Source of the DNA: an uncultured Chloroflexia bacterium | Lineage (GTDB): Bacteria > Chloroflexota > Anaerolineae > Anaerolineales > Villigracilaceae | NCBI GenBank assembly: GCA_963753465.1 | Contig: CAVWCJ010000006.1 | Location: 261,366 to 325,365 of the forward strand | Reading direction: 5' to 3' | Length of the DNA stretch: 64,000 bases | In this document: positions 9,006-18,283 of the stretch, piece by piece | How the letters are laid out: each line of letters opens with the position of its first letter | Numbering within the stretch: position 1 is the stretch's first letter | The notes under the pieces: model-generated | Told to the model about the DNA's origin: nothing | Seen by the model: only the letters and a program-made list of their open reading frames with translations | Databases searched by the model: none | Made by a program: the position numbers and the translations under genes

Positions 9006-11105
9006 TCAGGGTTCCTGCAGCCGCCCGGCGACAATCTCCGCCACATCCAGCACCCTGATCTGCCCGCCATCCGCCCTGGCTGCATCGGTCAGCATGATCA
9101 TGCAGAACGGGCAGCCCACCGCCAGCGTCCCCGCGCCGGTGGCTTTTGCCTCCGCAATGCGGTCCGCGCTGACGCGCCGCGTCCCGCGCTCCTCCTCCTT
9201 CCACATCTGGGACCCTCCCGCCCCGCAGCAGAAGGATTGGGAGGCATGACGGGGCATCTCGACCAAGTCGAGGCTGGCTTCGGCCAGCACTGTGCGCGGC
9301 TCTGAATAAACATGGTTGTGGCGGCCCAGGTAACAGGGATCGTGAAAAGTAACGGTCGATTTTTGACTTGCAGCCGGCGCCTCGGACACTAGCTGAAGCT
9401 TTCCACCCTCAATTAATTCGTTGATCAGCTGGGTGTGGTGGATCACTTTATAGCTGCCGCCGAAAGCCGGGTATTCGTTCTTGAGTGTATGCAGGCAGTG
9501 CGGACAGGTGGTGACAATGCGACCGGGGTTGACCCGATTTAATCTTTCGACGTTCGCTTTTGCAAGGTTAATAAAAATATCCTCTCGCCCGGCTCGGCGG
9601 GCCGGATCACCGCTGCACTGCTCGTCCCCCCCGAGCACGGCGAAGTCGACTCGCGCTGCATTCAGGATCTTTGCAAACGCCCGGGCAATCTCCTGGTCGC
9701 GCCCATCTGTGGCAGGAGCACAGCCCACCCACCACACCACCTCCGGATGAGGGTTCTGCCGGATGGTCGGCACTTCCAGCCCCTCGGCCCACTTCATCCG
9801 GTCAGAGGGCGGGGCGCCCCACGGATTGGCCGCCCGCTCCATGCCGCGGAAAGCATTCTCCAGCTGCTTTGGATAGGCATTCTCCATCAAGACCAGGGAG
9901 CGGCGGATATCCAGGATGTCGCGCATCGGTTCGTTGCCCACCGGGCAGATATCCACGCACGCACCGCAGGAAGTGCATGCCCAGACCGCCTCCGGGGTTA
10001 TGGCGAATTCAGTCAGGGAAGGCGAATTGGACAATACCCGGACACCGTTCAGAAAGTAACGTTTGTTGATCTCCATCGCCGCCGGGGACAGCACCTTGCC
10101 CGTGGCGTACGCCGGGCAGACCTCCTGGCAGCGGAAACACATGATGCAGGCGTAAGCATCCATCAACTGTTCCCAGCCCAGGTCGGTGAGCTTGGCGGCG
10201 CCAAGCTGCTGGAGGGAGGTGTCCTCCAGGTCAAGAGTTCCCAGTTCGCCAATCGAGCGCCGCTCCGGCTTGAGCAGATAGTTGAGCGGGGCAAAGAACA
10301 GGTGAACGTGCTTGGAATACGGGAAGTAGGGAATGAATGCCATCAGCGTCCCCAGGGAAGTCCAGTATGCGGCGTGGATGGCAATATTGACCTGCGAGTG
10401 GGAAAAGATCGGAGCCTCCCACAGGCGCGCAACGAGTGATGCAAAAGGCTGCCAGAAATCGCTGGACGGGAAAAGACAAGAGCTGCCGGCACAGGGCAAG
10501 GCGATTTTAAGGCTTTCCCCAACAAAGGTTGCCCCGACGTGGATGATAATGAAAGAAGCCACGATGGCCGAATCGCGCCAGATGCCACGGCGTGCCTTCG
10601 GGTGGAGCAGCGTTGTTTCACGTGTAGACAGACTAGCGCTCTTGAATACGAAGCGGCGAATGACGAAGAAGAACATGGCGATCAGAACGGCGACCGATAG
10701 CAAATCTTCGAGCAGCCGGTAAACATCCCCGATCCTGCCTGGGATGGTGAAACCAGGTGCATAGCCCTGGATCACGTCGATCAGATTCACCAGGACGTAA
10801 AAACCGAATCCCCAGCCGACAAAAGCGTGGAACAGGCTGGGCCAGAACCGAAAACGAAAGACTGGCTGGAAGGAGACCATACGGGGGACCACGCTCCCCA
10901 GACGCTTCCAAGCCAGGCGGAGGTTGGGCTTCCCCCTTCCAGCAGTGATGATCCGCACCAACCGCCGAATGGCGAAAAAAACCGCGACCAGCGTCACCAG
11001 GAGAAACAGGGTGAGAAGTATCATTTCAGGGAATGTGAGCATGATGCCAATTATAAGAGAAAACAAAAGCGGGGTCGACTGGCCTCCGCTTCTTTCGGAA
11101 TGCAT
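9006..11105 (-). CDS. membrane-anchored Fe-S oxidoreductase (HdrD/GlpC-like, two 4Fe-4S motifs plus CCG domains)
   Basis: 699 aa. The N-terminal ~300 aa are polytopic membrane. Ferredoxin-type motifs are CIMCFRCQEVCP and CTSCGACVDICP. The C-terminal cysteine-rich CCG-type motifs are CPHCLHTL and CCGAGG. Confidence 0.85.
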   Translation of the reverse strand: MHSERSGGQSTPLLFSLIIGIMLTFPEMILLTLFLLVTLVAVFFAIRRLVRIITAGRGKPNLRLAWKRLGSVVPRMVSFQPVFRFRFWPSLFHAFVGWGFGFYVLVNLIDVIQGYAPGFTIPGRIGDVYRLLEDLLSVAVLIAMFFFVIRRFVFKSASLSTRETTLLHPKARRGIWRDSAIVASFIIIHVGATFVGESLKIALPCAGSSCLFPSSDFWQPFASLVARLWEAPIFSHSQVNIAIHAAYWTSLGTLMAFIPYFPYSKHVHLFFAPLNYLLKPERRSIGELGTLDLEDTSLQQLGAAKLTDLGWEQLMDAYACIMCFRCQEVCPAYATGKVLSPAAMEINKRYFLNGVRVLSNSPSLTEFAITPEAVWACTSCGACVDICPVGNEPMRDILDIRRSLVLMENAYPKQLENAFRGMERAANPWGAPPSDRMKWAEGLEVPTIRQNPHPEVVWWVGCAPATDGRDQEIARAFAKILNAARVDFAVLGGDEQCSGDPARRAGREDIFINLAKANVERLNRVNPGRIVTTCPHCLHTLKNEYPAFGGSYKVIHHTQLINELIEGGKLQLVSEAPAASQKSTVTFHDPCYLGRHNHVYSEPRTVLAEASLDLVEMPRHASQSFCCGAGGSQMWKEEERGTRRVSADRIAEAKATGAGTLAVGCPFCMIMLTDAARADGGQIRVLDVAEIVAGRLQEP

Positions 11106-11153
11106 CCGCGTGCCGAGGCACGGGGCAGGAGCAAACCGCCGAATTTCTAATTC

Positions 11154-11552
11154 CTACCTGATCGTCACCGTGACGCTGAAGGTGTCGATCGGGTCCACAT
11201 TCGTCTCCCACGGCTGGTGATAGACCAGCGTCAAGGTAGTCATTCCAGGTTTGAGCGCCTTGAAGGTCAGTGTCAGAGTTCCCCCAGAGCCAACCAGGGC
11301 AGAGTTATCGCTTTTGAATTTTGCTTCGCCGAGTTGCTGCAGAAAGGCCGCATCCAGGTTCTTGGTTTCCCAGGTATACCCGGTGGAAGGATTGCTTGCA
11401 AGCGAAACCGCCAGCTGCCCGCCGACGTTGACGCTCACTTGCTTCCCGGTATCCGCTTTGGATAACACGGTCTGCTTCGGGGCACAGCTGGATACCAGAA
11501 CGAGCGCGGCGGTCAGGATGACGAAGAAGGTTTTTTGTAGACGCGGTTTCAT
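11154..11552 (-). CDS. chagasin-family (I42) peptidase inhibitor lipoprotein
   Basis: 132 aa with a lipobox LVSSC and the family signature NPSTGYTWE. It has the typical ~110-aa Ig-like size. Confidence 0.85.
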   Translation of the reverse strand: MKPRLQKTFFVILTAALVLVSSCAPKQTVLSKADTGKQVSVNVGGQLAVSLASNPSTGYTWETKNLDAAFLQQLGEAKFKSDNSALVGSGGTLTLTFKALKPGMTTLTLVYHQPWETNVDPIDTFSVTVTIR

Positions 11553-11624
11553 AATTCTCTCCTTATTGAAAATAGCAAAATCGCCCCTAAGGACGACCTG
11601 TCGGCCGGGAAGGTTCCGTGAAAT

Positions 11625-13241
11625 TCAATGGCTGATGGCATTGACGTAATCGATTGCCCCCTGGCAAACCGGCGTCAGATCGGAGGAGACATGCTCCCAA
11701 TCGAGCGGATCGCCTTTTTTCTCGGCTGCTCTAACTGCCAGGATCAGGCAGCCCGAGCCGGCATTGTAATTGGTCAGGGTGAAGCGCCACAGGTCCTCGT
11801 AGCTGCTGACCTCACCCGGTGACCTTCCGGAGGCATTGTGAATGATCGTTCCTGTCTGTTCGCAGTTTGCTTCCAGGGATTCAGCGAAGACAGATACGCT
11901 GAAATCGGCCTGACTCAGGTCAAGGCCCAGGGAACAATTGCTGCAGGAGGCATCCACACTACGCACCAGGGCGCCGCGCAAAATCGCCTGGTCATGGGCA
12001 TTCAATTGGGCATACCCTTTTTTACAGGCACTGTCCGCCAGGACCAATGGACAGTACTGTTCGTAGAAGGATGGATTCCACAGCAGGGTGGTATCCGCAC
12101 CATTATCCGTCATCTGGCCCAACCCGACCTCGGGCCGGTTGGCTACGACACCTGGCCAGAACTGGCTTTCCCGGCTGAAAATGTTTTTGAGCAGCTGGGC
12201 AGGAACGCCGGATTTCAAAGCGGCAGCAAATATTTGGTCATCGAACCGGTTCTGCCAATCGGTGACCGCGGGTCCGGCAGCGGTCATGCCGCAGGCGCTG
12301 ACCGATCCGTCTTCCAACTGGCCACCATCCGGGCAGGTGCTGGTATCCACCACCCCCTGGGCAATCAGGTTGGCTGCCAGATATTCAAAAGGAATGCTCG
12401 AAGCCAGATCCTCCGCCTGCTGCGGGGTGGACAGCCAGTCTGGCGGACCGCCGACCGGTGGAAAGGCCTGCCAGGTCTGTGAACAGGCTGCGGTCGGGTC
12501 ACCGCGCCACTGCGAACTGAGCACGTCGGCGTACCAGGCGGTGGAACCGGGCTGGTTGTCCGGCACGACCCGCACCTGGGCGTCGAAGATCACGCTGCTG
12601 TCCCCATAACTGGAGTAAGCCCAGAACTGAAGCGTGGTGCCACTCTTGCCGGTGGGCATAAGGTCCAGCTGGCAAACTGCACTGCAGGTAAAGGCTTTTC
12701 CATCAATCGTGCCGCCGAGAGTGGTAATGTGCTGGTTGGGGAGTGGCTCCTCCCCGGTTAAAATCAGCGAAGGCAGGCTGTCGCAGTGATTCGTTGAATC
12801 AACCGGGGCGCATCCCTGCAAGGTCACCCAAACAACCGGAGGGGGCAATGTCACGCCAACCTGCCGCTTGGCAGGCGACGAACTGACCAGTTGCAGGTAT
12901 TCCCCCTGGCAGGCGGATGGATTCTGGTCAGATTGGTCACACGGCTGGGTCTCCATCCACTGGGTATAGACGGCCTGGCCACATGCATTGTAAATTTCCG
13001 ATCCGGTGGGCAGTCCATCATGATCGATGAACAGCTCACAGGCAACGCTGCTGTCGCTCCACTGGACCAGCCACCATTTATAAGAAGTATAGTCGACGGT
13101 AAGGATGGTATAGCGATCCGGGCCGGGAGGCTGGTTACCCGCGGCAAACACACGCGGGGTTCCCAAAGTTGAAACCCCGGTAAATGCGAGCACCAGCAGG
13201 ATAGCCGCCAATCCGGTACGCAACCGGGTAAACATCCACAC
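11625..13241 (-). CDS. secreted Cys-rich protein with C-terminal lytic transglycosylase (SLT)-like domain
   Basis: Signal peptide, then a Cys-rich ~330-aa region, then IFSRESQFWP...GLGQMT, which resembles the SLT ES..F / GLMQ motifs. The start is uncertain (GTG 13241 or ATG 13235). Confidence 0.72.
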   Translation of the reverse strand: MWMFTRLRTGLAAILLVLAFTGVSTLGTPRVFAAGNQPPGPDRYTILTVDYTSYKWWLVQWSDSSVACELFIDHDGLPTGSEIYNACGQAVYTQWMETQPCDQSDQNPSACQGEYLQLVSSSPAKRQVGVTLPPPVVWVTLQGCAPVDSTNHCDSLPSLILTGEEPLPNQHITTLGGTIDGKAFTCSAVCQLDLMPTGKSGTTLQFWAYSSYGDSSVIFDAQVRVVPDNQPGSTAWYADVLSSQWRGDPTAACSQTWQAFPPVGGPPDWLSTPQQAEDLASSIPFEYLAANLIAQGVVDTSTCPDGGQLEDGSVSACGMTAAGPAVTDWQNRFDDQIFAAALKSGVPAQLLKNIFSRESQFWPGVVANRPEVGLGQMTDNGADTTLLWNPSFYEQYCPLVLADSACKKGYAQLNAHDQAILRGALVRSVDASCSNCSLGLDLSQADFSVSVFAESLEANCEQTGTIIHNASGRSPGEVSSYEDLWRFTLTNYNAGSGCLILAVRAAEKKGDPLDWEHVSSDLTPVCQGAIDYVNAISH

Positions 13242-13293
13242 GAAGATATAAAAAAAGTCCGTTATTGATTATAGCGGACTCTCATCCAAAATA

Positions 13294-13446
13294 CTACTGC
13301 TTTTTTGCCATTTCCTCGAGGGCCTTCAAGGTGCTTTTCAGGTTTCGCCAGCGAATAATCAGGCTGACCAGGTAGGCAGCGAACAACACAAAAAAAGCAG
13401 AGTATCCAATGACCAAAAAGTGGATTGAAATTGCATGGTCCAGCAT
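13294..13446 (-). CDS. ccmD: CcmD-like small membrane protein (50 aa, below the ORF-track cutoff)
   Basis: An ATG preceded by AGGAGA lies 9 nt after the ccmC stop. The peptide is MLDHAISIHFLVIGYSAFFVLFAAYLVSLIIRWRNLKSTLKALEEMAKKQ, with one TM helix and a basic tail. It occupies the position expected for ccmD after ccmABC. Confidence 0.55.
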   Translation of the reverse strand: MLDHAISIHFLVIGYSAFFVLFAAYLVSLIIRWRNLKSTLKALEEMAKKQ

Positions 13447-13454
13447 GGTTTCTC

Positions 13455-14153
13455 CTATTCGCTTACCTCAAGCTGCCGCTCTTCGACTGCATAGGCCATC
13501 TGCCCCAGGCGGATGCGATGCCAGATCAGGGTGGTAAAGATGACCGAAAATGTGATCAGGCAGAAGAACATGGTCAGGAGCATTGGCGGGGTCATATTGA
13601 AACTACCTGGTGTGGAGGATGGTCCCGCATCGATGACCGCCGGATGGATCGTGCGGAAGATGCGGATGGAAAAGAATGTGAGCGGCACGCTCAGGCTGCC
13701 GACAAGGGTGTACACCGCACCGAAACGGGCACGCCGGTCAGGATCCTCGATGCCCTGGCGGAGCAGGAGATAGGCAATGTAAATCATCTCCAGGATGGCG
13801 GCGGTGGTCAGGCGCGGGTCCCAGGTCCACCAGGTGTTCCAGACAGGACGCGCCCAGATCGAGCCCAGGACGATGGTGATCAGGAAGAAGACCAGGCTGA
13901 CTTCCACGGCTGCCATTTCGACAATGTCCCATTTTCGGTCGGGATTGACTAGGTAGACGACGCCAGCGACTGCGGCAAAGATGAACCCGAGCATCCCAAT
14001 CCAGGCGTTGGCAATGTGAAAATAAAAAATCTTCTGGACGTAGTCCATCGTCTCTTCGAGAGGAGCATAGAAGAAAACCATGCCCAGGCTAGCCAGGAAG
14101 AGAACACCGGAAATGATGTTGAGCGCTTTGAGAGCGTTTGGTTGAGAGGTCAT
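13455..14153 (-). CDS. ccmC: heme exporter protein CcmC
   Basis: Carries the WWD signature WNTWWTWDPRLT. The start is set to the ATG at 14153 (MTSQPNAL), preceded by AAGGAGA. Confidence 0.92.
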   Translation of the reverse strand: MTSQPNALKALNIISGVLFLASLGMVFFYAPLEETMDYVQKIFYFHIANAWIGMLGFIFAAVAGVVYLVNPDRKWDIVEMAAVEVSLVFFLITIVLGSIWARPVWNTWWTWDPRLTTAAILEMIYIAYLLLRQGIEDPDRRARFGAVYTLVGSLSVPLTFFSIRIFRTIHPAVIDAGPSSTPGSFNMTPPMLLTMFFCLITFSVIFTTLIWHRIRLGQMAYAVEERQLEVSE

Positions 14154-14196
14154 GTTTCTCCTTTCGCCACCGATCCCGCCCGCAGGCGGAAATTGA

Positions 14197-14931
14197 TCAT
14201 TCCTCGACCACAAAATCGAACAACATGAATGCGGCAGCAATGAAAACGACATCATAGGCGATCAGCAGGTTAATCCAGGGCAGGATCATGCTCATTTCCT
14301 GCCCCTGCAGAAACCCGCTGCTGGCTTTGACCGCCGAGACCAGCACCGGTATGACCACCGGGAAAAGCAGGATGGGCAGCAAGACGTCCCGGGTGCGCGC
14401 CTGGACCGCCATACTCGCGAGAAGGGTCCCGACGGCAACATACCCAATCGAACCGAGCAGGATGACACCAATCAGGCCAAGGTTAAACAGGTCCGTGCTG
14501 TACAGCAGGCTGTAGACCGGTAGGACGATGGCTTCAACGATCAACATGAAAGCCAGGTTGCTGAGCGCCTTGCCAAAGTAGATCGCGCTGCGGTCCACAG
14601 GGGCGAGCAGGAGCCCGTCCAGGCAGTCGCGGTCCTTTTCCACTGCCATCGAGCGGTTCAGACCGAGCGTCCCAGCGAAGGCAAAGGTGACCCACAGCAC
14701 ACCGGAAGTGACCGTCCGGCGGGTGGCAATATCCAGCTCGAGGGCAAAGTTGAAGACCAGGATGACGAGCAGCGCAAAGACGAGCATGGCCGAAAGCAGC
14801 TCGCGGCTGCGCAATTCGGCAATCAGGTCCTTCCAAACGATGGCCGCGATGGCCTTCAGGAAGGAAGCCGCAGGCCGAGGCTGCTCCCTGACTTCCAACA
14901 GGGGCTTTTCAGAGATCTGCGGTTTATCCAT
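14197..14931 (-). CDS. ccmB: heme exporter protein CcmB
   Basis: Six-TM ABC permease between ccmA and ccmC. The ATG at 14931 (MDKPQIS) overlaps the ccmA stop by 8 nt (ATGGATAA). Confidence 0.88.
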   Translation of the reverse strand: MDKPQISEKPLLEVREQPRPAASFLKAIAAIVWKDLIAELRSRELLSAMLVFALLVILVFNFALELDIATRRTVTSGVLWVTFAFAGTLGLNRSMAVEKDRDCLDGLLLAPVDRSAIYFGKALSNLAFMLIVEAIVLPVYSLLYSTDLFNLGLIGVILLGSIGYVAVGTLLASMAVQARTRDVLLPILLFPVVIPVLVSAVKASSGFLQGQEMSMILPWINLLIAYDVVFIAAAFMLFDFVVEE

Positions 14932-15633
14932 CTTTGGCTGCCAGCGCCCGGCGATAGAAATCGAGCAAATTCTTCTTCTTGAGAGCCAACCGTTCAGTAC
15001 TGGCCACGATGACACCGCGCCCGAGCACGTCAAAGCGGGTGGCCAGGTTCTCCACGCGCACCAGGTCATGGGAGGTCATCACCACGGTCCGGCCGCGCCC
15101 GGCCACCTCGCTCAGCAGGCGGTCGAGCATGTCGCAGGCGTCCTGGTCCAGGCCGGTGTGCGGCTCATCCAGAAGCAGCACAACCGGGTCGTGTAGGATG
15201 GCACGACCGATCGCCAGGCGCTGCGACATCCCCCGGGAGTACGTCCGCACCAGGTCGCGGCGACGGGCGGATAGCCCGACCATATCCAGCACGCTATCAA
15301 TGCGGGAATCCAGCGCTGGCACCGCATACAGCCTCCCAAAGAAGCGCAGGTTTTCCTCCGCGGACAAATCGCCGTAGAGCAGCGGCATGTGCGTGACAAC
15401 CCCCAGATTACGGCGCACGCTAGCCGCCTGGGCGGGCAGAGGGTATCCGGCGATGCGGACATCGCCCAGCGAAGGCCGGGAGAGCGAAGCCAGGATGCGC
15501 AGGAAAGTCGTTTTCCCGGCGCCGTTGGGGCCAAGCAGCGCGACGAACTCGCCTGCGCCGCGCCCTCGAAATCGAGGCCCCGCAGGACAGTTTTCAGGCC
15601 AAAACGCTTAACCAGCTTGTGAACTTCGATCAT
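14924..15633 (-). pseudogene. ccmA: heme export ABC ATPase CcmA; reading frame broken just before the Walker A motif (pseudogene or indel error)
   Basis: MIEVHKLVKRFGLKTVLRGLDFE is in one frame. GRGAGEFVALLGPNGAGKTTFLRILA...LSGGM-type signature YSRGMSQRLAIG...LLLDEP is in another frame. Total length is 710 nt (3n+2). Confidence 0.9.
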
Positions 15634-15699
15634 GGTCCACTCAAGAATCCCTGCAACTCCAGGCACCGGGGTTTGCCGCAGGGCGGCGTGCGGTTGCTC

Positions 15700-17650
15700 T
15701 CAGCCACCTGAGAGCAGGTTCCTCAAGCGCTCCTTCAACTCGGAGCGGCGCCGCGTGTAGTCCTGCATTGGTATTTCTCCGGCCTTGAACTGGTCATCGA
15801 GGAGCAGGATGGCATCCGTGACGCGGTCGGGGTCATTCTCCAGGGTAGCCCCGGATCTTTCCTCCACCTTCTTCGTGTCCTTCCTTGAGTTGCGATCGCG
15901 CAGGAAGAGATAGACGCCTGCACCGATCAACACAAGGCCAAAGGCTCCCAGGCTGACGATCAAACCGGTGCGGGGCGCCGTGCTGCTCCCGTTAGGAGAC
16001 GCCGAGGGCGTGCCGGAAATGGTCATCGCCAGAAAATCACCCGCTGCCAGGCTCTGGGCGGAGTACACCTGGTAGGTTGCACCCTGGATCGTCTGGGGAC
16101 CCGTATCCGTCAGCTGGCTGCTCTGGACGCGAACGCCTTCGGGCGAGAGCACACTCGCCGAATCCACCGGCAGGACGAAGGGCAGAGTCACATCCAGCGA
16201 GTTGGAGTAGGGCAGTTCGAACTGGGCCAGCATGTCATAATTTTGGCCCGACGAGAGCGGCACAAGGGCAAATCCGTTCCCTGTCCCGATGATCGGGGCA
16301 CTCCCGCTGGCCACCTGGTAGGACGCGTTTGCAGCGCCCGCCGGCAGCTTGATGAACGGAATATTCGATCCGTCGCTTTGGACAACCAAGGCCTTCTGGC
16401 CCGGGATGGACAGGACGTACAGCTCAACCACCTGAAGGGTACCCGGCGTCGAGAAGTCCAGAATGACGTGCACCTGGTCAACACTTACCGCGGTCAAGTC
16501 CTGGGTGGATTCTGTAAAGCGTGACCGGAGGCAGCTCCAGGGCCAGGACATCCTTGGCTGAGGTGACGGTACCCGACTGGAAGGGGACGCCGTCGTACTC
16601 CACCTGTGACAGGAACATGCGCCCCGGGGGCATGGGAACGTTTCCGAACTGGAACGCGCCGTCTGCCGCAAGGGGCTCCCCGAACGTCACGACTTCTGTC
16701 GGCGAAGCTCCGCTCGGACCCGGGTCGAAGCCGCGCAGGGTGACTGTCAGCCCGGAGGGGAGCGCCGCGCCGGAACCGGAGGCGACTTTTCCGCTCACCG
16801 TGCCGGAAGGGAGACCGGGAACGCTCGTCACTGTAAAGCTGCCGGTTTCAGGAGTAGTGGTGCCGGGTAAGGGAACCTGGGTGATTGCAGGGGTGCTGGT
16901 CTCGCCTGCGGGCGTGGATGTCGTGGCAGGCGAGGGAGTCGCGGTGGGGGTGGAGAGGTCGAAGGTCAGCGACCGCAGGTAGGCAGTCAGCGCCCAGATG
17001 TCATCCTGACTCAATCGATTGCCAAAAGCGGCCATCCCCGGAGAGACGCCCTCGGCGATCGAACGGTACAGTCCGCTTGTGCTCTGCTTGGCCATGATCT
17101 GGACATTGGTAAAATTCGTCGGGGCAGGGCTGAATGAGGCCGCCTGCGGGCCGTCCCCACCTCCCCCGGTGCCATGACAGCTGGCGCACTGACTGGCGTA
17201 GAGCGCCGCACCCCGCTGGACTTCAGCGCTGGTCGTGCTCAACATGGTAACGTAGGCAAGTACATCCCAGCGCTGCTGCGGGGAGAGATTCATAAAGGGC
17301 GGCATGCCGCGGTCCAGGCTGCCCTGGGAAATAACCGCATACCAGTCCGATGGGGAAAACTGGCTGGAGATGTCGCGCAAGCCGATCGCCGGTACTGCGA
17401 CCGGCATTTGCTGTGCCATTGGGCCATTGCCGAGGCCGTTGTCTCCGTGACAGGACTGGCATTCCTGAAGATAAATGCCCGCCCCGCGCGCTGGGGAAGG
17501 TGCCTCGGACGGGTACAACGGGCCGAGCGTCGGCTGCGGGGTCGGAGACTGATAATCCGGCGGGGGGGTGATATCCTCCGCCAGGGAAAAATTGCACCCA
17601 GCCAGGATGACCGCGAGCAGGATAGCAAAGGCAGTCAGGCGATATTTCAT
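15700..17650 (-). pseudogene. diheme c-type cytochrome lipoprotein fused to Ig-like/ectodomain, TM helix and SHOCT-like tail; one frame break (pseudogene or indel error)
   Basis: Lipobox LAGC and two CxxCH motifs (CQSCH, CASCH) with MPPF/GMAAF ligand regions lie in ORF 16478..17698. The protein continues seamlessly (LPPVTL|TESTQDLTAVSVD) in ORF 15700..16671. Total length is 1951 nt (3n+1). Confidence 0.85.
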
Positions 17651-17758
17651 GATGAGGTCTTCGGCTCCCAGGGCAGGCGGTATGAGAGGTCCACCCACCT
17701 CAACCAGAACAAGAGGTTCCCTCCAGGCGCTGCGGCCCGGCAGGGCAGTGCAGCCCGC

Positions 17759-18280
17759 CTATTTCACTCGATGGCCGCACCCTGAGCAAAAAACATCCGT
17801 TCGGACGACAGGTTTTCCACAGCGTGGGCAGAAGCCGGCGATTTTTTCCTTATGAGCAGCGCGGCGCCGGGCGATCCGGTCCTCCAGCTGCTCATCCGAA
17901 ATATTGGAGGCAGCAGAACCCTGCATTTTCGCCCCACGCCGTGCCGCGATCCGTGCTTCGAGGCCGTCCTCCGCAGCTGCCTGCTGCCCATTGGAAGACA
18001 GGCCCTGGGAGAAAGCATCCATTCTACGCAGGATATCCGCACCGCGCTGTACCAGGGCTGTCCGCTGGGATGGATAATCCCCAGTGGGGATTTTGCCCAG
18101 TGCGTAATCGAAATCCAGCTCCTGCAGCGCATTCAGCAGGCGTTCGCGCTCGGCCAGCAAAGCCGAAAGTCCTGGCTCACTCTCTGAGTTGCGGTGCTGC
18201 CGTGCGGCGAGCGGCTGCGTCACATATAATATGACCACAAGGAGAACTGCCAGCAGGAGGAAGATCGCGCTCAAATCCAT
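17759..18280 (-). CDS. membrane protein: N-terminal TM helix, SHOCT-like motif, C-terminal zinc ribbon
   Basis: 173 aa. The start lies 3 nt after the ccmG stop. It has the motif LDFDYALGKIPTGDYPSQRTAL and the C-terminal CPRCGKPVVRTDVFCSGCG. Confidence 0.75.
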   Translation of the reverse strand: MDLSAIFLLLAVLLVVILYVTQPLAARQHRNSESEPGLSALLAERERLLNALQELDFDYALGKIPTGDYPSQRTALVQRGADILRRMDAFSQGLSSNGQQAAAEDGLEARIAARRGAKMQGSAASNISDEQLEDRIARRRAAHKEKIAGFCPRCGKPVVRTDVFCSGCGHRVK

Positions 18281-18283
18281 GGG

